Notes: generated by a model from the sequence alone, not told the origin. Positions 40,796 through 55,513 are shown, counted from the stretch's first letter. The stretch: DNA of 64,000 nt from Octopus vulgaris (GCA_951406725.2 OX597820.1:98084001-98148000), one strand, 5' to 3'. Numbers and translations: made by a program.

Positions 40796-40929
40796 AGTTA
40801 CATTTAGTGACATTTCTAATTCTCCTTTATAGAGAAACATTGTAAACTGCTGTTTATATTAATTTTATATATACACATTAGCGACTCGCTAAATCATCCA
40901 ATTATTTGGATGACGAAAACAGATATACT

Positions 40930-41095
40930 AATGGTGAAGCGAACCACCCCAGAAGAAATCGGAATCTTTGCAATATCATTTTATTCACCTAAGCTTTACG
41001 TGCTTACACTTTTATCACCTTTAAAGTATATTCCATTTGAAGCAATGCATCGGTCCAGATTAATTTTCCACTGTTCGAAGCAGACCTTCTATCTA
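40930..41095 (-). mobile_element. Mariner transposase C-terminal fragment
   Basis: Minus strand reads CFEQWKINLDRCIASNGIYFKGDK. Confidence 0.6.
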
Positions 41096-41625
41096 TAAAT
41101 GTTCTAAAATCTACACAGCCGTGTTTTTTTTTTTATCTCATTACGAAATAAATTTTTTATATATACACGCTGACATATGACCAACGTTGTACCCCTTATT
41201 CCCATAATCACACCAAATCTGGAACTTAACTATGGTCCATCTATAGCACTTATTCAGCATTACCTGACACCTTTGGGTCTCAATGATACCATCACCTCTC
41301 ATAACCTCCTATATATATATATATATATTGGCCTGCTCGCTTAGCCAGTCGGGTGGCGTCATTCGAAGGCTAAAACAATGTGAACGCATTGTGACCAGCG
41401 ATGTGTAACTACATCTGATGGACTGGTCGGTCACGTGATCACGTGATATATATATATATATTAATACATCTGCTTGTTGCTACACTGCCTGTCTTCGTCT
41501 TTTGTTTTTTTGTTTTGTGAATTCTGCCTATATATATATATTTAATGTAGGATAAGATTTTTTTCGAAAAATATTTTATCAATGGCCAGCGTATAAAAGA
41601 ATACCATTAAAGGTTAAATTTATAA

Positions 41626-41913
41626 ACAACTTATAAATAAGGGCAAACGAAAAAATTTCTAATGCCAAATATGCCGAAATTCGATACCCTGTCCATAATC
41701 ATATAATTTTTCACAATATGCACGCTACACAAAAAAGGTAAGAACTAACCCTGAAATCGGTCTGATATGGTAATAATGGAATTTTTTAGAAATTTATGTC
41801 GACCTTTTTTGTATAGCGTGCATATTGTGAAAAATTATATGGTTATGGACAGGGTGTCTAATTTCGGCATATTTGGCATTAGGAATTTTTCGTTTGCCCT
41901 TATTTATAAGTTT
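41626..41913. repeat. ~110-bp inverted repeat (Penelope-like end)
   Basis: 41626-41739 is the reverse complement of 41802-41913. Confidence 0.75.
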
Positions 41914-41935
41914 TATATATATATATGTATATATA

Positions 41936-41968
<33 letters not shown>

Positions 41969-42003
41969 ATATATATATATACATATATATATACATATAT
42001 ATA

Positions 42004-43264
42004 TAAGGTAGTCAAGTATGAAATTTGTAGAAAAGAAAGAAAGTTTGCTAATGTTTTATAAATACAAGGAATAGTTTTATTCATCAAAGTACGCACCCAT
42101 ATTGTCAATTCATTCTTCCCATTTTAGCGGTAGCTCGTCCAGCTCGGAACTGTGAAAGCCTGACAATCTAGAGTCAATAAAATCTTAGAAGGCTTGTTTT
42201 ACAGCATCGTCGGAAATAAATTTTTCTTATCAAAAAGTTATCCAAATTCTGGAAGAAGTGGCAATCAGTGGGGACAAGATCAGGTGAGTATGGTGAATAA
42301 CGGAGAACTTCCGACTCTAACTCCTGTAGTTTCGCCAATGTCATTTTTTTGATGTGTAGTCTGGCGTTGTCTTGCAATAATATAGGAGTAGATCTGTTGT
42401 AAGTTTTTGTAAGTTTCTGGATCATTTGACCCAGTTGATGTAGTATACTTCGGCCGTGATTGATGAGCCAGGTTTAATGAAATCATAATGGAACACACCT
42501 GCGCCGACCACCAAACACACACCATCAGCTTCTTTTGAAGAATTTTACTTTCGGATTGTGTTTTAGTGGCTTGTCTTTGTTCAAACATTGTGCTGAACGT
42601 TTTCGGTTGGATCCATTTCTCATCACATCTTAGAATTCGATTAAAAAATTATTCCTTTTTGTGACGAGAAAGTAGCATAATGCGGGCTTCCTAACGTTTC
42701 TGTTTCTGATTTTCATTGAGTTCATGTGGAACCCACTTATCCAACTTTTTCACTTTACCAATTTGAACTAAGTGCGTCAATATTGTTTGCTTGCTAACAC
42801 CAAACAACAACGATAATTCACGGGCACTTTGAGGTGGATGTGACTCGACGGTGGCTTTCAGTTCGTCATTATCCACCTGTTTCTGATCGACCGCGTTGTT
42901 CATTTGTGAGGTCAAAGTTACCAGAACGATATTTTGCAAAGTAATTTGACAATGTCTGCTTTGTAATAACATTAGAATGAAATGTTCCATTAATATTCCG
43001 AGCTGTCTGTGATGCCGTATTTCCAAGAAAGAACTCATATTTCAAAACTGCACGAATTTCCGACTTATCTATCTCTAAAGAAAGATAGCAAAAAAAAAAA
43101 ATATATAAGTACATTATAAAAGGTAAAATGAGTTAGAATAAAAAAATAGAGGTGTCAGCTTTCTAACAAAAAATAGAGCTTGTCAAAATATAATATAGGG
43201 CAAAATGAGCAGCTGTCAAAGTTTACCACACACCTTACTACAAATTTCATACTTGACGACCTAA
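42004..43264 (-). mobile_element. Full-length defective mariner (DD34D) transposon
   Basis: TIRs T(A/T)AGGT(A/C)GTCAAGTATGAAATTTGTAG inside (TA)n; fragments IRAVLKYEF..TARNIN, WVPHEL, LMVCVWW, LLQDNARLH, YSPDLVPTDCHFF with frameshifts. Confidence 0.9.
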
Positions 43265-44229
43265 TATATATATATATATATGAATTATATACGTGTGTGT
43301 GTATGTGAGTGTGCATGTGTGTATATATACATATACATACATATACATATTTATATTCGTATATGCATTTCTTCCTTTTTCTTCTTTTTCTTTTTCTTCT
43401 TCTCCTCTTCCTTCTCCTTCTCCTCCTCATGTCATTATTAAAAGGGTGATGTATTGGCAGAATCATTAACAGGCTGGATAAAAGGCTTAACTATATTTCT
43501 TCTGACTTTCTATGTCATCAATATTCCCCGAATCCTACCGAGGTCATCTTTGTCTATCCTCTTTTCAGGACTGATATAGTAAGATACCAGTAATGTATTG
43601 GGGCTAGATATAATAGACTTGCTCCTCCCCTGAAAAAAATGCTGATTTTGTCCGAAACTTTAATAAAGTAGTTTTTGTTACCATAAACTTTTGTTGTTCT
43701 TGTACTTTTTATTGTTTTTTTATGTTTAGCGACGTCTAAGTCTTTTGTGTCTTTTTTTTTTCTTCAGTTCCGTACATTCGAGAAAAGGGAAAAGAAACAT
43801 GCATAAAAGAAAACCGAAGAAAAAAAAACTGCACGAAACAATAAAATCAAGAAAAACAGAAGATTCGAATTGTGATTAAAAGTATGCGTCTCGGTCTATT
43901 TAAGTTAATAGGGCAAGCAACGGAAGAAAGGCGTTTTACGTCGAAACAGTTGTATTTCTGTAAAGGAACGGTGTTTTTAAAAGCTTATTCTTGCGCAGAA
44001 AGCCAGAATTGATGGTGCCCGTGTTTGCTTTGACACAAGAGTTTAAAGTAGGAACTGAAGTGACTTGAGTGATTGCAGGGGCGGTGGTGGTAATGGTGGT
44101 GCGTAAGGTGCTGTTGTTGATGGTGGTATTTGAGGAACTGGAGATGGCATGAATTGGTGGTGATGGTGGTGCTTGTGGTAGTAGTGATGATGGTAGTAGG
44201 AGGTTTACCAACGTTAATCCTTTTAAAGA

Positions 44230-44274
<45 letters not shown>

Positions 44275-44720
44275 TGGCAACAGCAATAACAATGTCAAGC
44301 AATAAAAATAAGCAAATATAAAAAACAACAGCAAACAACACAAACAACTACAATAAATAGCAACGACAACAACAATTATCAACATCGAAAAAGCAAAACA
44401 GCAGCCATTGTAACAATGAAAGCAAAACGACAGCAACAACAATAACAACGTCAACATCGGTTAACGACAACAACAAAACGTAACAAAGAGAAAACAGTTA
44501 CAAACAACCACCAGCACCACAACAACAACAACGATAACAATAGCGACAGCAACAAAGGCAGGCAACAACAACAATAGCAACAACAGCAATAAGCACATTA
44601 GCAACAACGTCGACAATGTCAACAATAACAACAGCAACAAACTATGTAGCTAAACAACAAGAGCAACAACAACATCAATAACAGCAGCAGTGGAGGCATC
44701 ATCATCATCAGCATCATCAT

Positions 44721-44751
<31 letters not shown>

Positions 44752-44832
44752 AGCGGCAGCAGCGGCGGCCATAACATAACGCCATTAGCAACAAAATTCC
44801 AAAGGAAAAAGACGTAACACCAGCTACTGCTG

Positions 44833-44895
<63 letters not shown>

Positions 44896-44943
44896 TTACT
44901 ACTACTACTAGTACAACTGCTACTGATGCTGCTGCTGCTACTG

Positions 44944-44989
<46 letters not shown>

Positions 44990-45287
44990 CACTACTACCA
45001 CTACTACTACTATAACTACTACTACTACTACGACGACGACGATGATGACAAATACTACCGCCGCCGTCGCTGCTGCTGCTGCCACATGAACGGTAATAAC
45101 GAGTGGGCATCTACGTGGTCACTGAACCTGGCAGAAATAGCAGCCAAATATTCTTTAAACCACTCCCTGGCGTCTTGGGGTGTAGGTGTAGTATTGATAG
45201 TAGCAGCAACAGTGGGAACAACTGTAACAGAAGTGGTGGCGGTAGTGGCAGTAACAGCAGCAGCAGCAGTAGTAGTAGTGGTAGTAT

Positions 45288-45319
<32 letters not shown>

Positions 45320-45379
45320 ACTGGAATAAGAGCTGTGGTTAAAATTAAAACATCATTATATCAATATAACTATATTTTA

Positions 45380-45590
45380 AGGCTGCGAGCTGGCAAAATG
45401 GTTAGTATACCGGAGAAAATGCTTAGCGACATTTCGTCCGTCTTTACGTTCTGAGTTCAAATTCCGCCGAGTGGATTTTGCCTTTCATCCTTTCAGGGTC
45501 GATAACATAAGTAGCAGTTAAGCACTGGGGCCGATCTAATCGACTTAGCTTCTCTTCCAAAATTGCTGGTCTTGTGCTAAAATTTGGAAC
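45380..45590 (+). mobile_element. SINE family B copy
   Basis: AGGCTGCGAGCTGGC...GAGTTCAAATTCC...GCCTTTCATCCTTTCAGGGTCGATAA. Confidence 0.75.
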
Positions 45591-46646
45591 CATTATAACT
45601 ATATTGTAAATTACAAAAGCAGAATACAGGTAGAATCTTTTGCACGCCAGTTAACATGTCGTAACGGTATTAGAGTGCCAACTGTCTTTGCTCTGGGTTC
45701 AGATCCTGCGGAGGTCAGCTTTATCTTTATACTTTCGGAGTGAACTAATAAAGTAATAGTACAAAGGTCACTTCTTATTCTCTTTTTTCTTCTGCTCCAT
45801 CTTCTCTTCTCCTTTTCTCTCTGGCTACGTTCAGATGTGGTGATGAACGGGCTCAGTCAGATTTAAAATGCCTAAGACGCACTGTAGGTCACAACGGCGT
45901 ATTTACGACTCCTGTAGGACTTGAAAGGTCGAGGACGGAAAGCAGAAAAGATTTCACAGTCACACCACACTCTGGCTTCCCTATTGTTTGCGACAACAAA
46001 ATGTAGGTTTCAGTGAAGTTTTGCTTTTCTTGCTTTGCTTTTCTTGTAGCTCTTGTTCATGTTGAAATATTTTGGAGATGAGTATAGTCTAACCAATACT
46101 TTATTTTATCCATCCTCGGAAGGTCAAACATGACTTCGGAAGAATTTGACCTTAGAGACGTGACTAAATTCTTCACGTTAATGAATCAGCCAATCCTCTG
46201 CTGTTGCTATGTGGCTATGTGTAAGTGCTATGTGTATATCTATATACGCTGATGTTTGTTTCTTTTGAAATAACTCCGCAATTTCTCAAAGTATGCATGC
46301 AGTTCCAAAATCTCTCGAGAATAATGCATGGAGCAATAAAACGGAGCGGGAGGCTTTCTTGGAGGAACCTTTGAATATTTCGTAATGTATACAACGAATG
46401 ATCAACCAGGCATACGCAGTGATGCATGCCTTGGAGATCGACAAACTATTTACATAATACCAAAACTGGTCGAGTAGATGTCGTTACATATACACAGCAT
46501 TTCGATTTCCACGTTATCAGCTAATATTACATTACATATAACATTGTCTTTCTAACATTAACATTGCTTTACATTGAGCGGTGTAAGTTAAAGAAAACTA
46601 TTTCCACATATATTTGTTAACCCGAAGAACACTAAATAAACATACA

Positions 46647-47525
46647 CAGAGGTCTGATCAATAAGTATCCGGATTGTCGCCATAGTAACGAAGCTAAAAC
46701 ATGCGGAGTAAAGCCGCTTGGCAAAGATTGCCCCTGACCTCTGCTGTACATTTGCACTAAGTTCTAACGTTCTACCTCTCTTCCGCTGTTTACAGCAGTG
46801 CTTCGAAGGAAGATGTGTAGCTTGTGATCGCCGCATTGACCATGACAGAGAAAGTTGTCATGGCGATACCTGCTCAGAGGTTAACGCAAAGTTGCAGAAA
46901 GTGTATGGAGAGGAGTGTATGAGCCGCACACAAGTATACGAGTGGTTCAGACCTTTCCAAGATTACCGAAAAAATGTCGATATTGACGAACCTTCTAGGA
47001 GACCCGCAGCCAGCAGAACTGAGAAAGACATCGCAGATGTGCGTGCAGCTGTGAGGGGAAATCGTCGAATTACCATCCGTGAGATATCAGAGGATGTGTA
47101 GATTAGTTACGGTTCAGTTCAGTCCATTATCACTAAAGATATGGGTATGATGCGTGTCTGCCAAGTTTCTGTCAAAACCGTTTTCAGTTGACCTAAAAGA
47201 CACTCGGGTTTCAGTTGCACTGTATCTACTTGATTGTGTCGAGAACGATGAAAGTTATTTAAAAGTACTACGTAGGCCTCTGAGCAGGTATCGCCAAATT
47301 TTTGGCAACTATGCTCAACTCTCTCTGTTAAGGTCAATGCGACGATCACACGCTGCACACTTTCCTTCCAAACACTGCTGAAAACAGCGGGATGAGCTAG
47401 AGCGTTAAAACGTAGTGCGCATGTATAGCAGAGATCAAGGTCAATCTGTGCCAAGCGGCTTTACTCGGCATGTTTTTGCTTCGTTACTATGGCAGCAACC
47501 GGGTACTTATTGATCAGACCACATA
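46647..47525. mobile_element. Mariner-derived foldback element with two 5' ends
   Basis: ~230-bp inverted arms starting GGTCTGATCAATAAGTA; the interior encodes the transposase HTH region (VYGEECMSRTQVYEWF...RRITIREISEDV). Confidence 0.8.
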
Positions 47526-47753
47526 TATTGAATCGCTCCCATGGAACTTCAAGTTTCGTATGCTTCTTACAGAAACCTAGTTCGTCTATCGTTACAGTTG
47601 TTTCTGTACCAACAGAGACGTCTGCGAGACCAAGTCCTTTGTGAATACGAAACAATTAGTCAATCTAAGACCAGACATAAACGTAATTACTTTTAATACA
47701 TTACTGCTCTATGCTTTAGAGTGTGCTTCTTTTCCCGTTTTATGATACATTGA

Positions 47754-47818
<65 letters not shown>

Positions 47819-48896
47819 CGAGTGTAAATCTTATGCCTACTACAGTCAAGGTGGGACTGCATCTATAAATAAGGCTGGCACTTATGGTGAAAACAGGAGT
47901 CTAAATATATCGTCAAAAACGCCACACTCTTACAGAGATTTCAGAGACTGTCATGCCTTCTTTTTCAGAATCGGTCGCAATTCCATCAGCAGTTTGTATA
48001 CCTTCTCCTAGATGTTCCGCTGGATCAAAATTGAGTGGGATAGGGCAAGATTCTTTCAGCCTATAATTTATTCAAATTTTTCTTCTTATTCCCACCCCTT
48101 ACTTAAGTTACTTCAGACATGATTCTAGCTCTACAGAAGATTGACTCACCCAGGCACTTGCCACATGCTACTCTACATTATAAATACGTTAGATTTTCGG
48201 AGTGTGGTTGAAATTAGTCTTTAGATAAGGATTCTTTTAGTGTTAAGCGTTTGATAATTATCAAAACAAATGTTGCCATTTCTAGCAAAAGTTGCAACAA
48301 GGTCTGCTTACGGTAATATTGTCAACAAAAACAAAGTTGAAATGTTTGTAAATACATGCAAGCACTCATATATACAAATAAACATATATTTCATGTTGTT
48401 TCTATATACATATGTACATTATACTTACATACATATTCCTGTGTATAAGTACGTATGAGTATGTGTGAATGTAAAGAGTGAAGGATGGTAGGTGAGCGAG
48501 ACGAATAGCGATGAGGGTAAGACAGTTATTATACATAAGTGAGAGAGAGAGAGAGAGAGAGCAACAATACTTCTAACGAAAGGCTAAATTAAGTGGAACA
48601 CACGACTCTTTGCGAAAGACAAATAATAACAACATCAAAAGCAACTGTAATATCGTTAACAACACGACACAACGACAACGCCATCACTGACACTGTCATT
48701 GCCAAATCCCCTTCCCCCCACTCCCACCACCAGTACAGCCAACGGCAGCAACAGCAACAACAACAACAACAACAACAACAATAACAACAAGAAGAACAAC
48801 AACAGCAACTACAACATCTGAAGCAACAAGGGTAACTAATGCAAAACAGAACATTAAAAGCGCAACAAACACAGCTCCTCCTTATCTACCCACAAA

Positions 48897-48956
48897 ATAA
48901 TAATAATAACAATAATAATAATAATAATAACAATAATAATAATAATAATAATAATG

Positions 48957-49017
<61 letters not shown>

Positions 49018-49130
49018 TAAAAATAATAATAATAATAATAATAATAATGATAATAATAATAATGATGATGATAATAATGATAATAATAATAATAATAATG
49101 ATAATAATAATAATGATGATGATAATAATG

Positions 49131-49161
<31 letters not shown>

Positions 49162-49193
49162 TAATAATAATAATAATGATGATGATAATAATG

Positions 49194-49239
<46 letters not shown>

Positions 49240-49275
49240 GACGAAGAAGAAGAAAAAGAAGAAAAAGAAGAAGAA
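48897..49275. repeat. (TAA/TGA)n microsatellite grading into (GAA)n
   Basis: Direct inspection. Confidence 0.9.
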
Positions 49276-49724
49276 GGAAAAAAGAAGAAAGCAAAACTAA
49301 AAGACAAAAGGGTGTGTTAGAGCATGGTTTTGAACAACTGTGCGAACAATATGAATGTGACATCATCATCTTATTAACAATCGGGTGAATGGCGAAGGTT
49401 AATTGCGATGTAGTCTGCACATCTGGAATCACAATATCGTTACCTACCTTCTATCCTTCCCTTTCTTACACTCTTTATTTTCCAATCTTTTCATCTCTCC
49501 TTATTTCTTCGGTCACTATCCACTCTCTCTCTCTCTCTCTCTCTCTTTTTCTCTCTCTCTTACAATTTCCATCTGTCTGTCTGTATATCTCTGTCACTCT
49601 CATTTCCCTTCTTCTCACTAACTCTTTTCCTCTCTCCCCCCCTCTCTCTTTCTCACTATATATATATTATATATATTTCTTATATATATGATATGACATA
49701 TATCTGTATATATATATGCATATA

Positions 49725-49767
<43 letters not shown>

Positions 49768-49872
49768 GTCCATATATACGTGCATATACATATGAGTGTA
49801 TGTATATATAAATATATATATATATATAATAATGATAATGTATATATATGTGCATATACATATGAGTGTATG

Positions 49873-49926
<54 letters not shown>

Positions 49927-49971
49927 TCAGTAAATGGTGGGGTTTGTGTTAACCACATGTAGAGAAATGAT

Positions 49972-50118
49972 AGAAGAGGAAAAAATAATAAGGCAGAATG
50001 CTAAACGGAAAGTAAGTTTTAATAAAAGTGGGTGTGTGAAAAGTTTAAAAAATTTTTAAATCCATTTTTATTAAAATTTACTTTCAGTTTAGCATTCTGC
50101 CTTATTAATTTTTCCTCT

Positions 50119-50123
<5 letters not shown>
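49972..50123. repeat. ~60-bp inverted repeat between (TA)n runs
   Basis: 49972-50031 is the reverse complement of 50062-50123. Confidence 0.7.
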
Positions 50124-50151
<28 letters not shown>

Positions 50152-50486
50152 GAGGGTGTGACAGTTTATATAATTTATGTTGCTGCACATAGGTTAGACA
50201 TTTTAACTATGAAGGCCAGTCGGTTGGCCGAGTTCTTGAAAATACAAATTTATGTAGCATTATTTCAATTAGTAACTCTCACTTTTTCTTATCAATAACT
50301 GTCTTTTATTTAGTTGTCAAAAATAAAATATAAATACACACAGGACACTCACACCTACATATATACATACATGCATGCATACACACATACATACATATGC
50401 ATATACACACAAACGCGCGCACACACACACACAAATATATATGCATATATGGGTACAGGACGTCACAAAACGTAAACATCATGAAA

Positions 50487-50901
50487 GGAGTGGCTGTGTG
50501 GTAAGTAGCTTGCTAACCAACCACATGGTTTCGGGTTCAGTCCCACTGCATGGCACCTTGGGCAAGTGTATTCTACTATAACCTCGGGCGGACCAAAGCC
50601 CTGTGAGTGGATTTGGTAGACGGAACATGAAAGAAGCCCGTCGTATATATGTATATGTATATATTATATGTGTGTGTGTGTTTGTGTGTCTGTGTTTGTC
50701 CCCCACCCCAACATCGCTTGACAACCGATGGTGGTGTGTTTACGTCCCCGTAACCTAGCGGTTCAGCAAGGGAGACCGATAGAATAAGTACTAGGCTTAG
50801 AAAGAATAAGTCCTGGGATTGATTTCCTCGACTGAAGGCGGTGCTCCAGCATGGCCACAGTCAAATGACTAAAACAAGTAAAAGAATAAAAGAATAAAAG
50901 A
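50487..50901 (+). mobile_element. SINE family A, full copy
   Basis: Matches 14818-15224. Confidence 0.85.
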
Positions 50902-50909
50902 GATTTAGA

Positions 50910-52035
50910 AAATCTTAGCTATTATTAAAACTAAAAAATGTTAATACAAGTTATTACTTCTATTGCTTATTACTTATTAATTCTATTGAAAATTTAAAAT
51001 AACTCAATAAAAATAAGTTTTGCACTTTAGAAATATTAATGTATTAAATTATTAATTAATAAATAGAAATTTTAAAATAGGTTATAAAAACAAATGTGGT
51101 ACATAATTAGCTAGTACAATAAATTGAATAATAAAAAAATTAGTTATATATTACAGTAAAATCTACCTATAGCAACACATTCACAGTAAAATTTGATTGA
51201 GCTATTGCCTAAGTTATTGCCAAGTCTTCACATTTATATTCTTGAACAATGCCTATATTTTACATAACGAATTTGCCTACCATATATACTATTCTACTTC
51301 GCATAAAACTTCAGCTATATTGGTACCTCTGTCTCTTATGTTTTAAGTACTCTAGTGTTTCAATATTTTAACAAAATAAGGTGGCTAGCTGGTAGAAGTT
51401 TTTGATGCCAAAATATAACTATGGACCAGTCCACTTCAAAAATGTTATTGCCAAGTCTTCACATTTATAGTCTTGAACAAGCCTATATTTTTACATAATG
51501 AATTTGCCTCTCATATATACTATTCTATTTTGCATAAACATATTGGGATTTCTGTTTCTCCTTTTTTAAAATATTCTAGTGTGTCAATATTTTAACAAAA
51601 CGATTTTACTTTGATAATTAAAATCAAATAATTTTTGATATTCAAATTATATCCTTAGCTGCAATATTTTAAGTAAAAATTGTCTTGTTTTGTACTTTAC
51701 TAGATGTAATAACTTGTCCTGAACTTTTCCAGGTGTAATAACTTGTCCTGTACTTTTTCAGGTTTATAATCTTATGAATAATATTTCTCTTGCTTGCATT
51801 TTCCCATGATTACATGGGACACAGCCACTCCTGCGCCTACTAAATATTTTAAATATTTTATTTGTAATTTTATCCTTAGCTGTAATATTTTAAGTAAAAA
51901 ATTTCTTATTCTTTACTTTATCAGATGTAATAACTTGTCCTGAACTTTTCCGAGTGTAATAACTTGTCCTGTACTTTTCCAAGTTTATTACTTTAAGAAT
52001 ATTATTTCTCTTGCTCGCATTTTCCCATGTAATAC
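50910..52035. repeat. AT-rich TIR-type repeat with internal duplications
   Basis: Homologous to 13148-13710; the terminal block ending CATTTTCCCATG is duplicated at ~51810 and ~52030. Confidence 0.55.
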
Positions 52036-52531
52036 AATATAATTCACCTTTCGGCCGAGAATACTTTCGGCTACTATTCTTATGATGAAGAATTCGTATA
52101 ATTTGATGGCAAGCAACTAAAATTTATTGCGGTAATTATGATTCTTAGCAGGAGAGTTTTAGTGTTACGGAATTATAGCCGACTCAAGTGGAACAGAGCG
52201 ACTGCCATGTTACGTCTTAATGCTACTATCAACAATACTGAAGTGAAATTGGTTTGGTTTGAGGATAGAAACTTCGATGAAGTATATGAATATATAAAGA
52301 CGTACATACATATATACATACGCGCACACAAACATACACACAGAGATATGGACACACACACACATGCATATACATACACATTCATAGACTAGAACATTCA
52401 TCATTCAAACCTATCCCAAGTAAGGCGCCACACGTCATACTATAATAAATACCAGAGTGGACTGTGGAGTGCGTTACTGAGTCCGATTTCGGTTGCATGT
52501 TGCACTTTACAGTGCTTTCCTTTTTTTGGTT

Positions 52532-52940
52532 AGGCGTAGGAGTGACTGTGTGGTAAGCAGCTTGCTTACGAACCACATAAGTCCGGGTTCAGTCCCACTG
52601 TATGGCACCTTGTGCAAGTGTCTTCTACTATAGCCTCGGGCCGACTAAAGCCTTGCGAGTGGATTTGGTGGACGGAAACTGGAAAAAGCCCGTTGTATAT
52701 ATGTATATATATGTGCGTGTTTGTGTGTTTATGTTTGTCCCCAACAACATCGTTTGATAACTGATGCTGGTGTGTTTACGTCCTCGTAACCTAGCAGTTC
52801 GGCAAAAGAGACCGATAGAATAAGTACTAGGCTTACAAAAAATAAGTCCCCTGGGTCGATGTGTTCAACTAAAGGTGGTGCTCCAGCATGGCCACAGTCA
52901 AATGACTGAAACAAGTAAAAGAGTAAAAGAGTAAAAGAGA
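52532..52940 (+). mobile_element. SINE family A, full copy
   Basis: Matches 14818-15224. Confidence 0.85.
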
Positions 52941-53401
52941 GTATGTGTGCGCGCGCGGACGTGTGTGTGTGAACTTGACTGTTCACTCCCACACGCTGTT
53001 GTAAGTTTCCGCTCGTTCAAGGAAATTTAAAGGTACATGCGCCAGGCTGTTATTTATATAAATTTACTGCAAATGTGGGTGATGGAATTATACAATTAAA
53101 GTGGGGAAATGTTATACATTAACAGAAACACAATTACTCAGAAATAATCAAATATACATAATATTAATTAAAACAAGATATAATTAAGCATGGAATAAAT
53201 AACGGAAAACATTTTGGGTTTTCGCCCACATGTAGGGTAGAATCCACCGAGTGGGATGGGTTAGAACACATCACGCCACTATAACCCGTCATTGCTCGCA
53301 CTGCAACCTTCTTCAGCTGAAGGCACCCGTTGATATTTCTGAAAGGATTGGTGCAGATAAAAACCCTCGTCTTCAGGATGCATCTGTTTCAGCTTATTGT
53401 A

Positions 53402-53790
53402 GTAGTAGGAGCACTCCGTCGGTTGCGACGATGAGGGTCCCATCTGATACGATCAACGGAACAGCTTGCTCGTGATATTAACGGGCAAGTGGCTGAGCAC
53501 TCCACAGACACGTGTACCCTTAACGTAGTTCTCGAGGAGATTCAGCGTGACACACAGAATGTAACAAGGCTGGCCCTTTGAAATACAGGTACAAGAGAAA
53601 CAGGAAGAAAGAGTGAGAGAAAGTTGTGGTGAAAGAGTACAGTAGGGTTCACCACCACCCCCTGCCGGAGCCCCGTAGAGCTTTAGGTGTTTTCGCTCAA
53701 TAAACACTCACAATGCCCGGTCTGGGAATCGAAACCGCGATCCTCCGACCGCGAGTCCGCTGCCCTAACCACTGGGCCATTGCGCCTCCA
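53402..53790 (-). mobile_element. SINE family C, full copy, 14-bp TSD
   Basis: TSD TTCAGCTTATTGTA at 53388-53401 and 53791-53804; reverse complement of 40410-40795. Confidence 0.9.
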
Positions 53791-53829
53791 TTCAGCTTAT
53801 TGTAATATCTTGTTCGTGATTTTTCAAGC

Positions 53830-54420
53830 AAAATGGGTCGAAATAGCAAAATCGTTAGCCCGCGGGACAAAATGCTTAGCGGCATTTCGTCTGTCTTTAC
53901 GTTCTAAGTTCAAATTTCGTCGAGGTCGACTTTGCATTCATCCTTCTGGGGTTGACAAAATAAGTACCAGTTGACCTCTGAGGTCATTGTAATCGACTTA
54001 CCTCCTTCCCAACAATTTCAGGCCCTGAATTATCACTATTATTAAGGTGGGGAGCTGGCAGAACCGTTAGCACGCTTGCCAGACCACATAGCAGCATTTC
54101 GTCTGTCTTAAGCTCTGAGTTCAAATTCCGCGGTAGACTTTGTCTTTTATGGTTTGGGGTCGATAAAATAAATATCAATAGAGTACGAGGTCGATGTAAT
54201 CGGCTCAATCTCTAATTCAAAATTTCAGAATTGTGCCTTTTATTAGAAAGTATTATTTTACTAGCAAAATGGTTCGAACTGACAGAATCGGTACTGCACC
54301 GCCGTACACAGTGTATGGTGGCATGTCTTCTCGTTATTTACATTTTGAATTCAAATTGCACTGAGATCGATTTCCTTTTCATTCTTTCGAGGTCGATAAA
54401 AAAAGTAGCAGTTGAACAAT
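53830..54420 (+). mobile_element. Three tandem degenerate SINE family B copies
   Basis: Repeated GTTCAAATT...GTCGATAAAA motifs. Confidence 0.65.
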
Positions 54421-54645
54421 AGGCGCAGGAGTGGCTGAGTTGCTATTAGAATAGCGGTCTTCGGATCCAGCTTCCGTTCTTGCCGAATTTTTTAATATAT
54501 TAAACTTCGTGCGAAATTCGAGTTTCACGCGACTGCGATCTTCAGGCGAAACTTGTTTCGCCTGAAAATAACAGTGGCCTGATACACGTCATTGGAAAAA
54601 GCTCAGCTTCAGTTTATATGTATATATATATATATATATATAGTT

Positions 54646-54683
<38 letters not shown>

Positions 54684-54684
<1 letters not shown>

Positions 54685-55429
54685 TGTGTCATCCCATTAG
54701 TAATGCGGTTTTTTTATACTTCATTTATTTTTCAAAATTACGATAAACAAATCTCTATTTTAATCTAAAATATACTATCCTTCATTTCCTACAAAATGCT
54801 CTTCCATCTATCTGGTAGATTTGCAAGGTCCGTCTTCTAAAATTCACTTGTCCGCGACGAAAAATATTCTTCCAGTACTGTTCTGACCTTGTCTACAGAA
54901 TTCATCTTTTTCCGTCCAAATGAGTGTTTGAAGACTGCCGAATAAATGATAATCAGATGAGGCGTCCGGCGAATATGGTGGGTGGGGCATTGTTTCACAT
55001 TCAAACTGCTCCAGCCTTTGGAATGTCATCCTCGCTGTATGTGTTCGAGCATTATCCTGATGAAAGAAGACCTTTCGTCTTGAAACGAAAAGTAGTCGTT
55101 TTTCTTCTAGCGCTGATTTAAGCTGCCGAAGCTGCTTGCAGTAGATCTTTGTTAACGTTTGGTTTGGGTTTATAAGATCAAAGTAGACTAAACCTTTCAT
55201 ATCCCAGCAAACAGATAACAACACCTTACGTGGGTGAAAATCTTTAGCCTGGAGTGCTGGTGTTTCTCCTTTCCATACCCGCTGTCTTCGGCGCTTGACA
55301 TTTTTATAGACAACCCTTTTCTCGTCACCAGTCACTACTTGGTCGAAAAAACGTTTATTCGTGAGACATGATTACAAAGAAGAGCACACATTCACTCTCT
55401 GCGTGCGATTAGACTCGGGAAGTTTGTGA

Positions 55430-55431
<2 letters not shown>
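54684..55431 (-). mobile_element. 5'-truncated mariner transposon (catalytic domain plus right TIR)
   Basis: TGDEK, HPRKVLLSVCWD, FHQDNARTH, PHPPYSPD.SSDYHLF. Confidence 0.85.

Positions 55432-55513
<82 letters not shown>

Noticed and set aside
43936-45454. Poly-Ser/Ala/Val/Gln ORFs
   Set aside because: Mixed trinucleotide repeats (CAG, TAC, AAC, GTA); no splice or homology support.
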